Notes under the pieces: generated by a model
The model's database searches: none
What the model saw: only the letters and a program-made list of their open reading frames with translations
What the model was told of the DNA's origin: nothing
Origin: an archaeon
GTDB taxonomy: Archaea; Undinarchaeota; CAZHTU01; JBDRCC01
Assembly (NCBI GenBank): GCA_043822065.1
Contig: JBDRCC010000006.1
Location: 16,578 to 80,577 of the forward strand
Reading direction: 5' to 3'
DNA: 64,000 nucleotides
In this document: in pieces, positions 28,727 through 37,665 of the stretch
How positions within the stretch are numbered: the stretch's first letter is position 1
Layout of the letters: every line of letters begins with the position of its first letter
Position numbers and translations under genes: made by a program

Positions 28727-29032
28727 GAGAGGAGGTAGTAAGCCCCATTCTGTTCAGGCCGCGGAAAACTTCACGCAAGGCCCTCTACGGCATTAGACTG
28801 AGCGTCTTAGACTTGCACCCGCCGGGGCCATGGCCGTTTCATTCCCATCCGCCGCCTCAGGTTTTCCATCATCACAAGGCGGAAAGGATATCGTTTCTGA
28901 TCCTGGCCCTGCCAGTCTCCCGGCAGCGCTTGCGCGCCAGTTTCGGCAGGATAGATTCCAGCCGAGGTGTGGGGACTTTCCTCGCCCCTTCGCGTTTGAA
29001 TGCTTAGGGACGGCGGCCGTTCTCCCCCTCTC
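28727..29032 (-). ncRNA. rnpB: RNase P RNA
   Basis: Minus strand has GAGGAAAGTCCCC (CR-I), CAGAAAC, TGAAAC, GGTGCAAG and AACAGAATGGGGCTTAC (CR-V). P1 is GAGAGGGGGAG/CTACCTCCTCTC. BRE-TATA (CGAAAGG-TTTTTAAA) lies upstream. Confidence 0.95.
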
Positions 29033-29135
29033 ACTATAGATAGGGCTCCCTGCTTTTAAAAACCTTTCGCCAAGCCCCCTGGGCTCAGCCCCATGACAGT
29101 TAGCTTTATAAAAATTCGTAGCATAGTCACATGGC

Positions 29136-30857
29136 ATGGATGTTCCGTTCTTCGCAGAGCTAACTGCAATCATCGTAACTACGTTGGCAGTCTCAGGCGC
29201 CCTCCGCCTGCTGAAGCAGCCGCTGATAATAGGCTATATCCTCTCCGGGGCCATAATCGGCCCTGCGGCGCTGAACCTTGTGCGCTCCCACGACGCTATT
29301 GCGAACTTTTCCCAGTTGGGCGTAGTCTTCCTGCTGTTCATCGTCGGGCTCAACCTGAACCCAAGGGTGATACGGGACGTGGGGAAAGTCGCGCTTGTGA
29401 CGGGCGTGGGGCAGGTGGCATTTACAGTCGCCTTCGCACTTCTGCTCTGCAAGCTCATAGGTTTCACCCTCATCGAGTCCCTTTATGTCTCAATAGCCCT
29501 TGCCTTCAGCAGCACAATCATCATAATGAAGCTGCTCTCGGACAAGAAGGAGATGGAGACCCTTTTTGCAAGAATCTCCATAGGGTTCCTTATAGTCCAA
29601 GACATCATCGCGATTGTCCTGCTTGTCGCCATCTCCTCGCTTGCAGGCGGGGCGAACGTTACCCTCCTCATTACGGAGACTCTTTTCAGGGGCCTTTTGA
29701 TAATGATTGCCCTTGTTGCAGTCAGCCTGTACGCCCTGCCCAAAATAGTGGCAGAAGTTGCCAAGTCGCAGGAGTTCCTGTTCCTGTTCTCCCTAGGGTG
29801 GTGCCTGTCCGTTGCGACCGCATTCCACTACGCGAATTTCTCCATTGAGGCTGGGGCGCTCTTAGCCGGAATTGCGCTCTCTATCAGCCCCTACCACTAC
29901 GAGATAAGCTCCAGGATGCGGCCCCTGCGGGACTTTTTCATAATCCTCTTCTTCATATGGCTTGGCTCCCAGATGCAGTTTGCGAACTTTGCCGCGCAGG
30001 TGCCCATCGGCATCGCCCTCTCAGCACTTGTGCTCTTCGGGAACCCGCTCATAGTCATGACCCTGATGGGCCTGCTCAACTACACCAAGCGGAACAGCTT
30101 CAAGGCAGGCCTAACGGTTGCGCAGATAAGCGAGTTCTCTCTTATAATAGTCGCGCTCGGGGTGAAGCTGGGGCACCTATCCGCAGAATTTCTGTCGCTA
30201 CTCACTTTTGTCGGGTTGCTGACGATGGGCGGCTCGACCTACATGATACTCTACTCCGACCGGCTTTACGGCATTCTGTCCAAGCGCCTCTCAATTTTTG
30301 AACGGAAGGGGAGGAAGATTGACGAGCACAGGTACCACAAGGACCATAGCTACGACATAATCCTCTTCGGGTATGACCGCATCGGGTATGACATCCTCGA
30401 GTCCCTCAAGAAGATAAAGCGGACCTTCCTCGTGATTGACTATGACCCGGAACTAATCGTGAAGCTCTCGAAGGAAGGGTATGACTGCAAGTATGGGGAC
30501 GCAAACGACTCCGAGCTCCTAAACGACCTCAATATGTCTGACACGAAGATGGTAGTTTCAACCATACCAACCATCGACACAAACCTCCTGATTATAAACA
30601 AGGTCAAGGAAGCGAACGACCGCACGATTATCGCAATCGTTTCCCACCAGATTGATGACGCACTGAGGCTCTATGACGCAGGTGCGACCTATGTCATACT
30701 GCCGCATTTCCTCGGCGGCCGGTACCTCTCGACAATGATCGAGCGCAACAAGCTCGACATAAACAAGTTCCTCCGGGAGCGCGCCCTCCACATCTCCGAC
30801 ATCAAGGCGAGGAAAGAAAGGGGGCACGAGCATCCAAGGCACGAGAAGCACCATTGA
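29136..30857 (+). CDS. CPA2 cation:proton antiporter (Kef type) with C-terminal RCK/TrkA_N domain
   Basis: LKQPLIIGY, FSSTII, IVQD, PLRDFF, QISEFS; GYDRIG, YGDA. Confidence 0.92.
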   Translation: MDVPFFAELTAIIVTTLAVSGALRLLKQPLIIGYILSGAIIGPAALNLVRSHDAIANFSQLGVVFLLFIVGLNLNPRVIRDVGKVALVTGVGQVAFTVAFALLLCKLIGFTLIESLYVSIALAFSSTIIIMKLLSDKKEMETLFARISIGFLIVQDIIAIVLLVAISSLAGGANVTLLITETLFRGLLIMIALVAVSLYALPKIVAEVAKSQEFLFLFSLGWCLSVATAFHYANFSIEAGALLAGIALSISPYHYEISSRMRPLRDFFIILFFIWLGSQMQFANFAAQVPIGIALSALVLFGNPLIVMTLMGLLNYTKRNSFKAGLTVAQISEFSLIIVALGVKLGHLSAEFLSLLTFVGLLTMGGSTYMILYSDRLYGILSKRLSIFERKGRKIDEHRYHKDHSYDIILFGYDRIGYDILESLKKIKRTFLVIDYDPELIVKLSKEGYDCKYGDANDSELLNDLNMSDTKMVVSTIPTIDTNLLIINKVKEANDRTIIAIVSHQIDDALRLYDAGATYVILPHFLGGRYLSTMIERNKLDINKFLRERALHISDIKARKERGHEHPRHEKHH

Positions 30858-30909
30858 GATGCCGCGGGCGCCACAATAACTACTTATAAGCCCCAGTAAT
30901 TTTACCCAT

Positions 30910-31266
30910 ATGATAAGCCTAAAAAAAGCAAAACCCCAGAAAAAGAAGCCGAAAACCGCAGCAAAGCTGCCGCCAAAAAAGGCGCTAACCCTCCCGTACG
31001 AGGAGTTCAAGAACCTTATAGCCAAGCTCATTGTCCTGGACATCGCGGTGGAGAACGTCTTCAACCACGGCCCGACGCCGCGGATAGTCGCAAACCTCTC
31101 CGCAGACAAGATAAACCTCCGCCAGGCGCTCAACTCCCTGAACGGGTCTTGCCCCGACTGCAAGCGGCTCTTTATAACCGTCGTTGACGAGCACAACAAG
31201 CGCGCAGAGAACATCCAGAAGGAGAAGAAGAAAGAGGAGATGAAGTTCGACAGGCGCGTCTACTGA
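30910..31266 (+). CDS. Hypothetical protein
   Basis: TATA upstream; CPDC motif; abuts the next gene. Confidence 0.55.
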   Translation: MISLKKAKPQKKKPKTAAKLPPKKALTLPYEEFKNLIAKLIVLDIAVENVFNHGPTPRIVANLSADKINLRQALNSLNGSCPDCKRLFITVVDEHNKRAENIQKEKKKEEMKFDRRVY

Positions 31267-31997
31267 TGGTTGAGCCGTCTGTCTTAGCGATATCTATACT
31301 TGTAATCCTGGTTGCCTACACTGTCAAAGGGTTCACAGGGTTCGGACCAGCCCTGATAAGTGTCCCCCTCCTCAGCATATTTTTGGACATCAAGTTTGTC
31401 CTTCCTGTCGTCCTCCTCCTCGACCTTGTTTCGTCTTCAATAATCCTCTGGCAGGAGCGCGGGAAAGTCCAGCTCAGGGGAGCCCTCCCGATCCTCCTTT
31501 TCTATGTCCTGGGCACCCTTGCTGGCTATTTTATCCTTGTCTCCATTTCAGCATCTGTGCTTGAGGCAGCCCTCGGGGCATTCATTATCATTTTTGCCAT
31601 CAGGATTTTCCTCCGCAAAAACACGTCCAAGCTAAGCCGCAGGCTCGACACTTATGCGAAATCCGCAGCAGGGCTTGGAAGCGGAATTCTCGGCTCCCTG
31701 TTCGGCACGAACGGCCCGCCGCTTGTCATATACTACTCCCGCACCCTGGAGGACAAAAAGCAAATCCGCGCGGCTACAGCCCCGTTCTTTGTGATAGACT
31801 GCCTTTGGAGGGGAGGGATGTACGCCTTTATCGGCATGTTCAGCGCGTCCACATTCGAGTTTTTTGGCTATCTCCTAATCCCGCTTCTCATTGGGGTGTT
31901 TATCGGCTCAAAACTGCACCTAAGAGTAGGCAAAGAAGCCTTCACAAAAGCGGTTGCTCTGATTTTAATAATCGCAGGGCTCAGGCTCCTGCTCTGA
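31266..31997 (+). CDS. TauE/SafE family membrane transporter
   Basis: KGFTGFG...P; GTNGPP. Confidence 0.88.
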   Translation: MVEPSVLAISILVILVAYTVKGFTGFGPALISVPLLSIFLDIKFVLPVVLLLDLVSSSIILWQERGKVQLRGALPILLFYVLGTLAGYFILVSISASVLEAALGAFIIIFAIRIFLRKNTSKLSRRLDTYAKSAAGLGSGILGSLFGTNGPPLVIYYSRTLEDKKQIRAATAPFFVIDCLWRGGMYAFIGMFSASTFEFFGYLLIPLLIGVFIGSKLHLRVGKEAFTKAVALILIIAGLRLLL

Positions 31998-32951
31998 TCA
32001 CTTCATGTAGATGTACCTGTCGAGCATCTTGTCGAAGACCCACGTCTCGCCGGTGTCCTCTATCTCAAGGAACGCCTTCACCTGGGAGTCGAAATAGTCA
32101 GCGTAATGCAGGGTGGCTGCTTCCGGAATCTTCGGCCTCCTTGGCGAGCCCCATTCCAGCTCGCCATGGTGGCTTACCAGCATGTGGTCCAGCTTCATCT
32201 TCAGGTCTTCCGGGAAATTGCCAATTTTCTTTATCTTTTCCTGGAGCATTTCAGACCCTATTGAGATGTGCCCCCTGAGCCTTCCTTCGTCAGTGAACTC
32301 GATGCTTGTGGTAACCACATACTCCCGCATCTTCCCAATGTCGTGGAGAACCGCGCCAGCCATGAGCAGGTCCTTGTCCATCCAGGGGTAATAGCTTGAG
32401 CATGCCTCGCAAAGCTCAATGACGCCGACCGTGTGCTCCAAAAGCCCGCCAATGTACCCGTGGTGCCTCTTTTTTGAGCCAGGGCACCTTTTGAAGTCCT
32501 CTGCAAATTTCGGGTCGCTGAAAAACGCCTCGAGGAGCCTCCTCAGGTGCTCGTTCTTTATCGCAGCCTTTACCTCAAGCAAGTACTTGTAAAGGGCGTC
32601 CAGGTCGCGGGCGGACGTCTCGACGAAGTCCTCCGTTTCGTAATCCGTGGTCTTTTCGAGCGTGTTGTAGTTAGCATCAACAGCCAGCTGGGCTTCGCCC
32701 TGGTAGTCCTTGACGCTCCCGCTGACGTTTATGACATCGCCTACGTTCAGGCTGCTATAGAGGCTCTTTGTCTGCCCCGAGTCTTTTCCCCAGTACCGCA
32801 GGCTTACGTCGCCGGTCGCATCCCCGACGGTCAGCCCGAACCAGTACCCTTCCTTGTCCTTGTACTTGTTCAGCCCCGCCTTGTGGCGGACGGCATACTT
32901 CGAGTTGGTGTCCATCCCCACCGTAAGCTCTTTTATGAATTCGCGTTTCAT
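31998..32951 (-). CDS. YhaM/Cbf1-like 3'-5' exoribonuclease (OB + HD)
   Basis: N-terminal OB fold; HHGYIGGLLEH, LHDIGK, SHHG, LHYAD. Confidence 0.9.
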   Translation of the reverse strand: MKREFIKELTVGMDTNSKYAVRHKAGLNKYKDKEGYWFGLTVGDATGDVSLRYWGKDSGQTKSLYSSLNVGDVINVSGSVKDYQGEAQLAVDANYNTLEKTTDYETEDFVETSARDLDALYKYLLEVKAAIKNEHLRRLLEAFFSDPKFAEDFKRCPGSKKRHHGYIGGLLEHTVGVIELCEACSSYYPWMDKDLLMAGAVLHDIGKMREYVVTTSIEFTDEGRLRGHISIGSEMLQEKIKKIGNFPEDLKMKLDHMLVSHHGELEWGSPRRPKIPEAATLHYADYFDSQVKAFLEIEDTGETWVFDKMLDRYIYMK

Positions 32952-33017
32952 CCGAGGGTACTAAGCGCTTCCCCTATTTATTTATATCCCCCTTCCATCT
33001 AGTTGTGGGGGTGCATC

Positions 33018-33608
33018 ATGCCTCACAAGAAACCCATGCCGAAATCCCAGCAGAAAAGGATTCTAATGGTAATCGCCCCATCTGGCTACAGGCCTGCCGA
33101 GCTTTACGAGCCGAAGAACATACTGGAGGGCTATGGCGCCTCAGTCGTTGTTGCTTCAAAAAATGCAGGGGTCATCCACGGGATGCCTGTCGACGAGCCG
33201 GAGTGGCAGACTGCAGTCGCGGACGTCAGCCTTGGCGACGTCAGCGTCTCGGATTATGACGCAGTCCTCTTCATAGGCGGCGCAGGGGTGCGCGAGATAT
33301 GGAACGACCGCCAGTACACCAGCCTGGCAAGGGCGGCGGCTGACGCAGGCATACTGATAGGCGCAATATGCATCGCGCCGATGATACTCGCGAACGCAAA
33401 CCTCCTCTCCGGCAAGAAGTCCACAATCCACGGAAGCGAGGCATCGACTTTCATCTCGAAGGGGCCAAATTATGTTGACTCTGACGTCGTCCGGTCAGGG
33501 AACATAATAACTGCAGCAGGGCCGCACGCCGCCTCAGATTTTGCCGAAGCCGTGGCAGAGGCTATCGGGCTTGCAAAGTCCCTAAAAACAGACAGGGATG
33601 CTAGCTGA
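33018..33608 (+). CDS. DJ-1/PfpI family protein
   Basis: DYDAVLFIGG, GAICIAP, IITAAGP. Confidence 0.9.
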   Translation: MPHKKPMPKSQQKRILMVIAPSGYRPAELYEPKNILEGYGASVVVASKNAGVIHGMPVDEPEWQTAVADVSLGDVSVSDYDAVLFIGGAGVREIWNDRQYTSLARAAADAGILIGAICIAPMILANANLLSGKKSTIHGSEASTFISKGPNYVDSDVVRSGNIITAAGPHAASDFAEAVAEAIGLAKSLKTDRDAS

Positions 33609-33663
33609 CCGCATTTGTTAAGAATATCACGGGCATAGTCCTGATTGAAACGGGGATGACAAG

Positions 33664-35021
33664 TTGACGTCGCTCACATTTTACGGAGGGGTCAGGGAGA
33701 TAGGCGGAAACAAGATACTGCTCGAGGGCGGCGACGCCCGCGTGTTCTTTGATTTCGGCCAGTCCTTTGACTTCGGGAAAAAATGGTTTATAGACTGGCT
33801 CCAGCCAAGGCAGAATACCGGGCTAAAAGACTACTTCGAGTTCGGGCTGATGCCGAGGATACCCGGGCTTTACTCCAAGGAGAACCTTGGTCCGACAGAC
33901 CTCCTCTACAAGGAGCCGGAATTCGACGGAATCTTCCTGAGCCACGCCCACATGGACCACGTCGACCACATCAAGTTTGCAGACCCAAAAATCCCAATCC
34001 ACTGCGGCGAGGCGACAGAGGCGTTCATCAAGGCGCACGAGGCGACGTCTCCCTTCGCTTCCTACGGCGCCCATGAGTACAGGACATTCCGCACCGGCAA
34101 AAAAATCAAGGTCCACGGGCTTGAGGTTGTCCCGGTTCACGTCGACCACTCAATACCAGGCGCCTATGCCTACATAATCCACGCCCCGGACCTGACATTG
34201 GCATACACCGGAGACTTCCGCCTCCACGGGCCAAAAAGCGGGCTGTCCGCCGATTTCATCAAATCTGCGGCAGAAGAGAAAATAGACGTCCTTATATCTG
34301 AGGGCACCCGCATGGCGCCAGCCGAAACGAGGCAGAACTTCACCGAGCAGAAAGTTTCGGAAATCGTGGACGGGACAATCGGCGCCCAGAAGAAGCTCGT
34401 CGTCACCACCTGCTATTCCCGCGACCTGACAGGTTCCAGACCTACTACAATGCGTCAAAAAAGCACGGAAGGACATACGTCATCCTGCCGAGGATGGCCT
34501 ACCTGATAGACAACGTCAGGAAGTTCCTCCCCCACCTGCCGGACATATTCGATGACGGCAACAACGTCAAAGTCTACTTCAAGAAAAAGAAGTCCGGGAA
34601 CTATGACGAAAAGGACTACTACAAATGGGAGCGCCCCTACCTCGACCAGCTCGTGGGCTCTGAGGAAATCAGCGGGAACCAGGGCAAGTACGTGCTTTAC
34701 CTCACATTCTATCAGTTCGCACAGCTCATAGACATCCGCCCAGAGCCAGGCAGCGATTTCATCCGCTCGCTTAGCGAGCCGTTCAGCGAGGAGGACCTTG
34801 AGGAGCCGATTCTCCACAGGTGGATTGAGCACTTCAAGCTGAAATTCACACAGGCGCACGCTTCAGGGCACATTGCCGCGAAGGAGCTTGAAGAGGCAAT
34901 AGGCAAAATCTCGCCAAAAAAGCTGATTCCAATCCACACGGAACACCCGGAAATGTTCAATAAGTTCCATCCCGATGTCCTTTCCGTGAAATTTGGGACT
35001 AAATACGACCTAAGCCCCTAG
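33664..35021 (+). pseudogene. MBL/beta-CASP ribonuclease (RNase J-like) split by a 1-nt frameshift near 34427
   Basis: GGVREIGGN, SHAHMDH, VDHS and TGD lie in one frame; HASGH and PIHTEH in the next. Adding one base restores RDLDRFQTYY. Confidence 0.8.
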
Positions 35022-35482
35022 TTGAAGTGGTACGACAGGGACTTGTTTCCCCCGTACTTCTGCTCGATTTGGCTTTTGAGCCTCTTCTGCTCGCCGCTTC
35101 CGATTATTATGCTCTTAAAATGCGGGAAATACCTCTTCCTCCAGCACCATGCATCCTTGGTGAACGGTATCCAGCTCTTTACGTAGAATGTGTACCCTTT
35201 GCCATCAGACTCACGCTCAAGATAGCTCATCAGGGACGCTAATATGACTGAGGCTATGCCGTTGCCCCTCTCGCTGTCCTTTATCATGACCTCCTTGACA
35301 AGGGCAGACCTGTAGTTCACCATCTTTACGTAGCTCCCAATTGCCCGCCTCTTTCCAATAAAAACTAGAAGGTACCCCACCTTGCCGCCGTCCTTGTAGC
35401 AGACAAACCGGTGCCTGTCCCAGATTGGCCTGCTAATGGTGCTTTCCCTTGCGATTATGTACCTATCCATCCTATAATACAC
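35018..35482 (-). CDS. GNAT-like protein
   Basis: VKEVMIKDSERGNGIA motif A. Confidence 0.6.
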   Translation of the reverse strand: MYYRMDRYIIARESTISRPIWDRHRFVCYKDGGKVGYLLVFIGKRRAIGSYVKMVNYRSALVKEVMIKDSERGNGIASVILASLMSYLERESDGKGYTFYVKSWIPFTKDAWCWRKRYFPHFKSIIIGSGEQKRLKSQIEQKYGGNKSLSYHFN

Positions 35483-35514
35483 TACTCAGACTGGAATATA
35501 AACTTAATCCCGAA

Positions 35515-35802
35515 TCAGGCTTTCGGCGGCTCAGGCTTGCAGCGGAAGTGCACCTTCTCATCCTTGGCGCTTTCGACAATTGTCCTCGTCACTTTGCCAA
35601 GCTTGCCCTCAGACGCGTCGTTTTTTGGGTTCACGTCCAGGATAAATGCAATGCTGTGGGTTTTCTCCATCTGCATCGTCATGTTCATTACCGGGTCGTC
35701 TTCCTTTTCCGGGGTAGGCATATTCTTGTCTATTATACCCTTCAGCTTATGCAGGCTGTTTTGGTCAAACAGGCTGACCACCAGCCGGTATGCTCCACCC
35801 AT
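35515..35802 (-). CDS. Hypothetical protein
   Basis: Intact ORF in a co-directional run of small genes. Confidence 0.5.
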   Translation of the reverse strand: MGGAYRLVVSLFDQNSLHKLKGIIDKNMPTPEKEDDPVMNMTMQMEKTHSIAFILDVNPKNDASEGKLGKVTRTIVESAKDEKVHFRCKPEPPKA

Positions 35803-35839
35803 AAAATAGCTAAGTCTCGCGGAAAATAAAAACCTATGC

Positions 35840-36046
35840 CTAAGGCACCTTTATGTCAAAATACTTCTCGAGGACGTCCCCGTTTGGCATCATCCCGCTG
35901 GGGATTGGATGGTTCTTTTCTATCAGCTTCCTGCGCTCGCAGTCATAGCAGTTCCCCTCGCAGTAGTTGCATATCCACAGCCTGCCGTTTTTGGAGTCTT
36001 TCAGCTGTTTGTACAACTCGCAGGCACCGGCATAGCTGCACTTCAT
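35840..36046 (-). CDS. Small Cys-rich hypothetical protein
   Basis: C-x5-C...CNYCEGNCYDCER...MMPNG. Confidence 0.6.
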   Translation of the reverse strand: MKCSYAGACELYKQLKDSKNGRLWICNYCEGNCYDCERRKLIEKNHPIPSGMMPNGDVLEKYFDIKVP

Positions 36047-36140
36047 GCCAAGAAAATATCATAAATCCGTAAATACCTTCCGTATTAGAGGTATATACGC
36101 ACTCCAAAAAATTCTTTAACAGCAAAGCCATTACTGTCTT

Positions 36141-36998
36141 GTGAAAACCTCGCACCACATCTACTTCAAAGACGCGTCCTGCATGGAGGATGTCCCTGAC
36201 GAAAGCGTCAACTTGGTAATTACCTCCCCACCTTATCCCATGATTGAGATGTGGGACGATATGTTCACCAAGGCAGACCCGGCGATAGGCTCGCTCTTCC
36301 GCTCCCTCGAGTCGAGCCAGTCTGAGGATGACGTCTCAAAAATCTACTCGCGCATGCACCTGTATCTTGGCAAGGTGTGGAGCGAGTGCTTCCGCGTCCT
36401 TGCGAACGGCGGGATTGCATGCATCAACATCGGCGACGCCACGAGAAACATCAACGGAAACTACCGCCTTTTCCCAAACCATTCGAGAATACTTCACGCA
36501 TTCGACAACCTTGGCTTCATCACCCTGCCTTATGTCCTCTGGAGCAAGCCGACAAACAAGCCGAACGCGTTCCTTGGCTCAGGCTTCCTGCCGCCGAATG
36601 CCTATGTCACAGTTGATGCGGAGTACATCCTGATATTCCGCAAGGGCGGGCTGCGCCATTTTACGCCCCACCATAGGATACGGTATGCCAGCAAGTTCAC
36701 AAAAGCAGAGCGGGACACTTGGTTCAGCCAGATATGGACGCTGAAGGGGGCAAAACAGCAGAATCCAGCCATCCTGCGCAGGACTGGCGCCTACCCCCAG
36801 GAGATATCCGACCGCCTCGTGAAGATGTTTTCAATAGCCGGCGACACCATCCTCGACCCATTTCTGGGCACAGGCACGACAATCAAAAGCGCGATAGCCC
36901 ACGGCCGCAGCTCAATCGGCTACGAAATAGACAAGTCGCTCAAGCCAGTGATAAAGCAAAAGCTCGGAATCAGCGCAGAAGTCGGCCTCTCGGATTGA
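36141..36998 (+). CDS. Orphan beta-class DNA methyltransferase (SPPY, likely m4C)
   Basis: LVITSPPY precedes LDPFLGTGTT; no adjacent endonuclease recognised. Confidence 0.9.
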   Translation: MKTSHHIYFKDASCMEDVPDESVNLVITSPPYPMIEMWDDMFTKADPAIGSLFRSLESSQSEDDVSKIYSRMHLYLGKVWSECFRVLANGGIACINIGDATRNINGNYRLFPNHSRILHAFDNLGFITLPYVLWSKPTNKPNAFLGSGFLPPNAYVTVDAEYILIFRKGGLRHFTPHHRIRYASKFTKAERDTWFSQIWTLKGAKQQNPAILRRTGAYPQEISDRLVKMFSIAGDTILDPFLGTGTTIKSAIAHGRSSIGYEIDKSLKPVIKQKLGISAEVGLSD

Positions 36999-37028
36999 TT
37001 TTTATATCCTGCCTGCCATAGATAGGAT

Positions 37029-37664
37029 ATGACGCGGATAAAGCACGGCGGAGTCATCGTCGAGCACTATGCCTTTGACTACAACGAGCCGAACGGCGAC
37101 GAGAAAAAGTTTCTGCTGCGCAAGGCTGCGCTCCTAGAACTGCTCCTCCAGAACTTCTATTCGACAAAGGGCATCTTTCCACACATTCCAGTCCAGGGCC
37201 CGATAAGCTTCGAGACAATGCTGCAAACCAACGACGACGAATTCATCAAGCGCCTTATATTCGACCACACCCTTCGCGGCGGGAGCATGGGGAAGTACTG
37301 CGACGAGGCATGGCTCCTCTACTACAAGGGAAAAGTCGCCGGCTTCTCTTCGATAATAACTAACTGGTACAACTATCCAGACACCTGCGAGCGTGCCAGC
37401 CACGACTTTCCAAAAGCTACGAAGGGCTTCAGGCTCGCAGACCACGCAATGGTCCTCGACATCTGCGTGCACCCGGATTATGCGGGTATCGGGCTCGGCA
37501 CTGCCCTGCTTGATGCAGTATTCCACAGGATAAAGCTCCTTAAAAGAAAGCCCGTCGCATATATCCGCGAAGGCCTGAAGTCCAAAGGGCTGTTCGAGAA
37601 GGCAGGCGGGAAAATAAAGGAAAGCGACTCTGAAAACGGCTTGTTCACAGTCTGCTTCCAGTAG
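37029..37664 (+). CDS. GNAT family acetyltransferase
   Basis: DICVHPDYAGIGLGTALL. Confidence 0.8.
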   Translation: MTRIKHGGVIVEHYAFDYNEPNGDEKKFLLRKAALLELLLQNFYSTKGIFPHIPVQGPISFETMLQTNDDEFIKRLIFDHTLRGGSMGKYCDEAWLLYYKGKVAGFSSIITNWYNYPDTCERASHDFPKATKGFRLADHAMVLDICVHPDYAGIGLGTALLDAVFHRIKLLKRKPVAYIREGLKSKGLFEKAGGKIKESDSENGLFTVCFQ

Positions 37665-37665
37665 C

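Noticed and set aside
23210-28750. IS66-like TIRs (GTAAGCCC) or GTAG-type REP elements
   Set aside because: No transposase and no target-site duplications seen; GTAG is not conserved across copies, and the sequence equals rnpB CR-V. Not fully excluded without a genome-wide scan.
28793-29173. Small ORFs in the ORF track over this interval
   Set aside because: They are shadows of the RNase P RNA gene and its promoter.
36141-36998. Restriction-modification system
   Set aside because: No neighbouring gene recognisable as an endonuclease; treated as an orphan methyltransferase.
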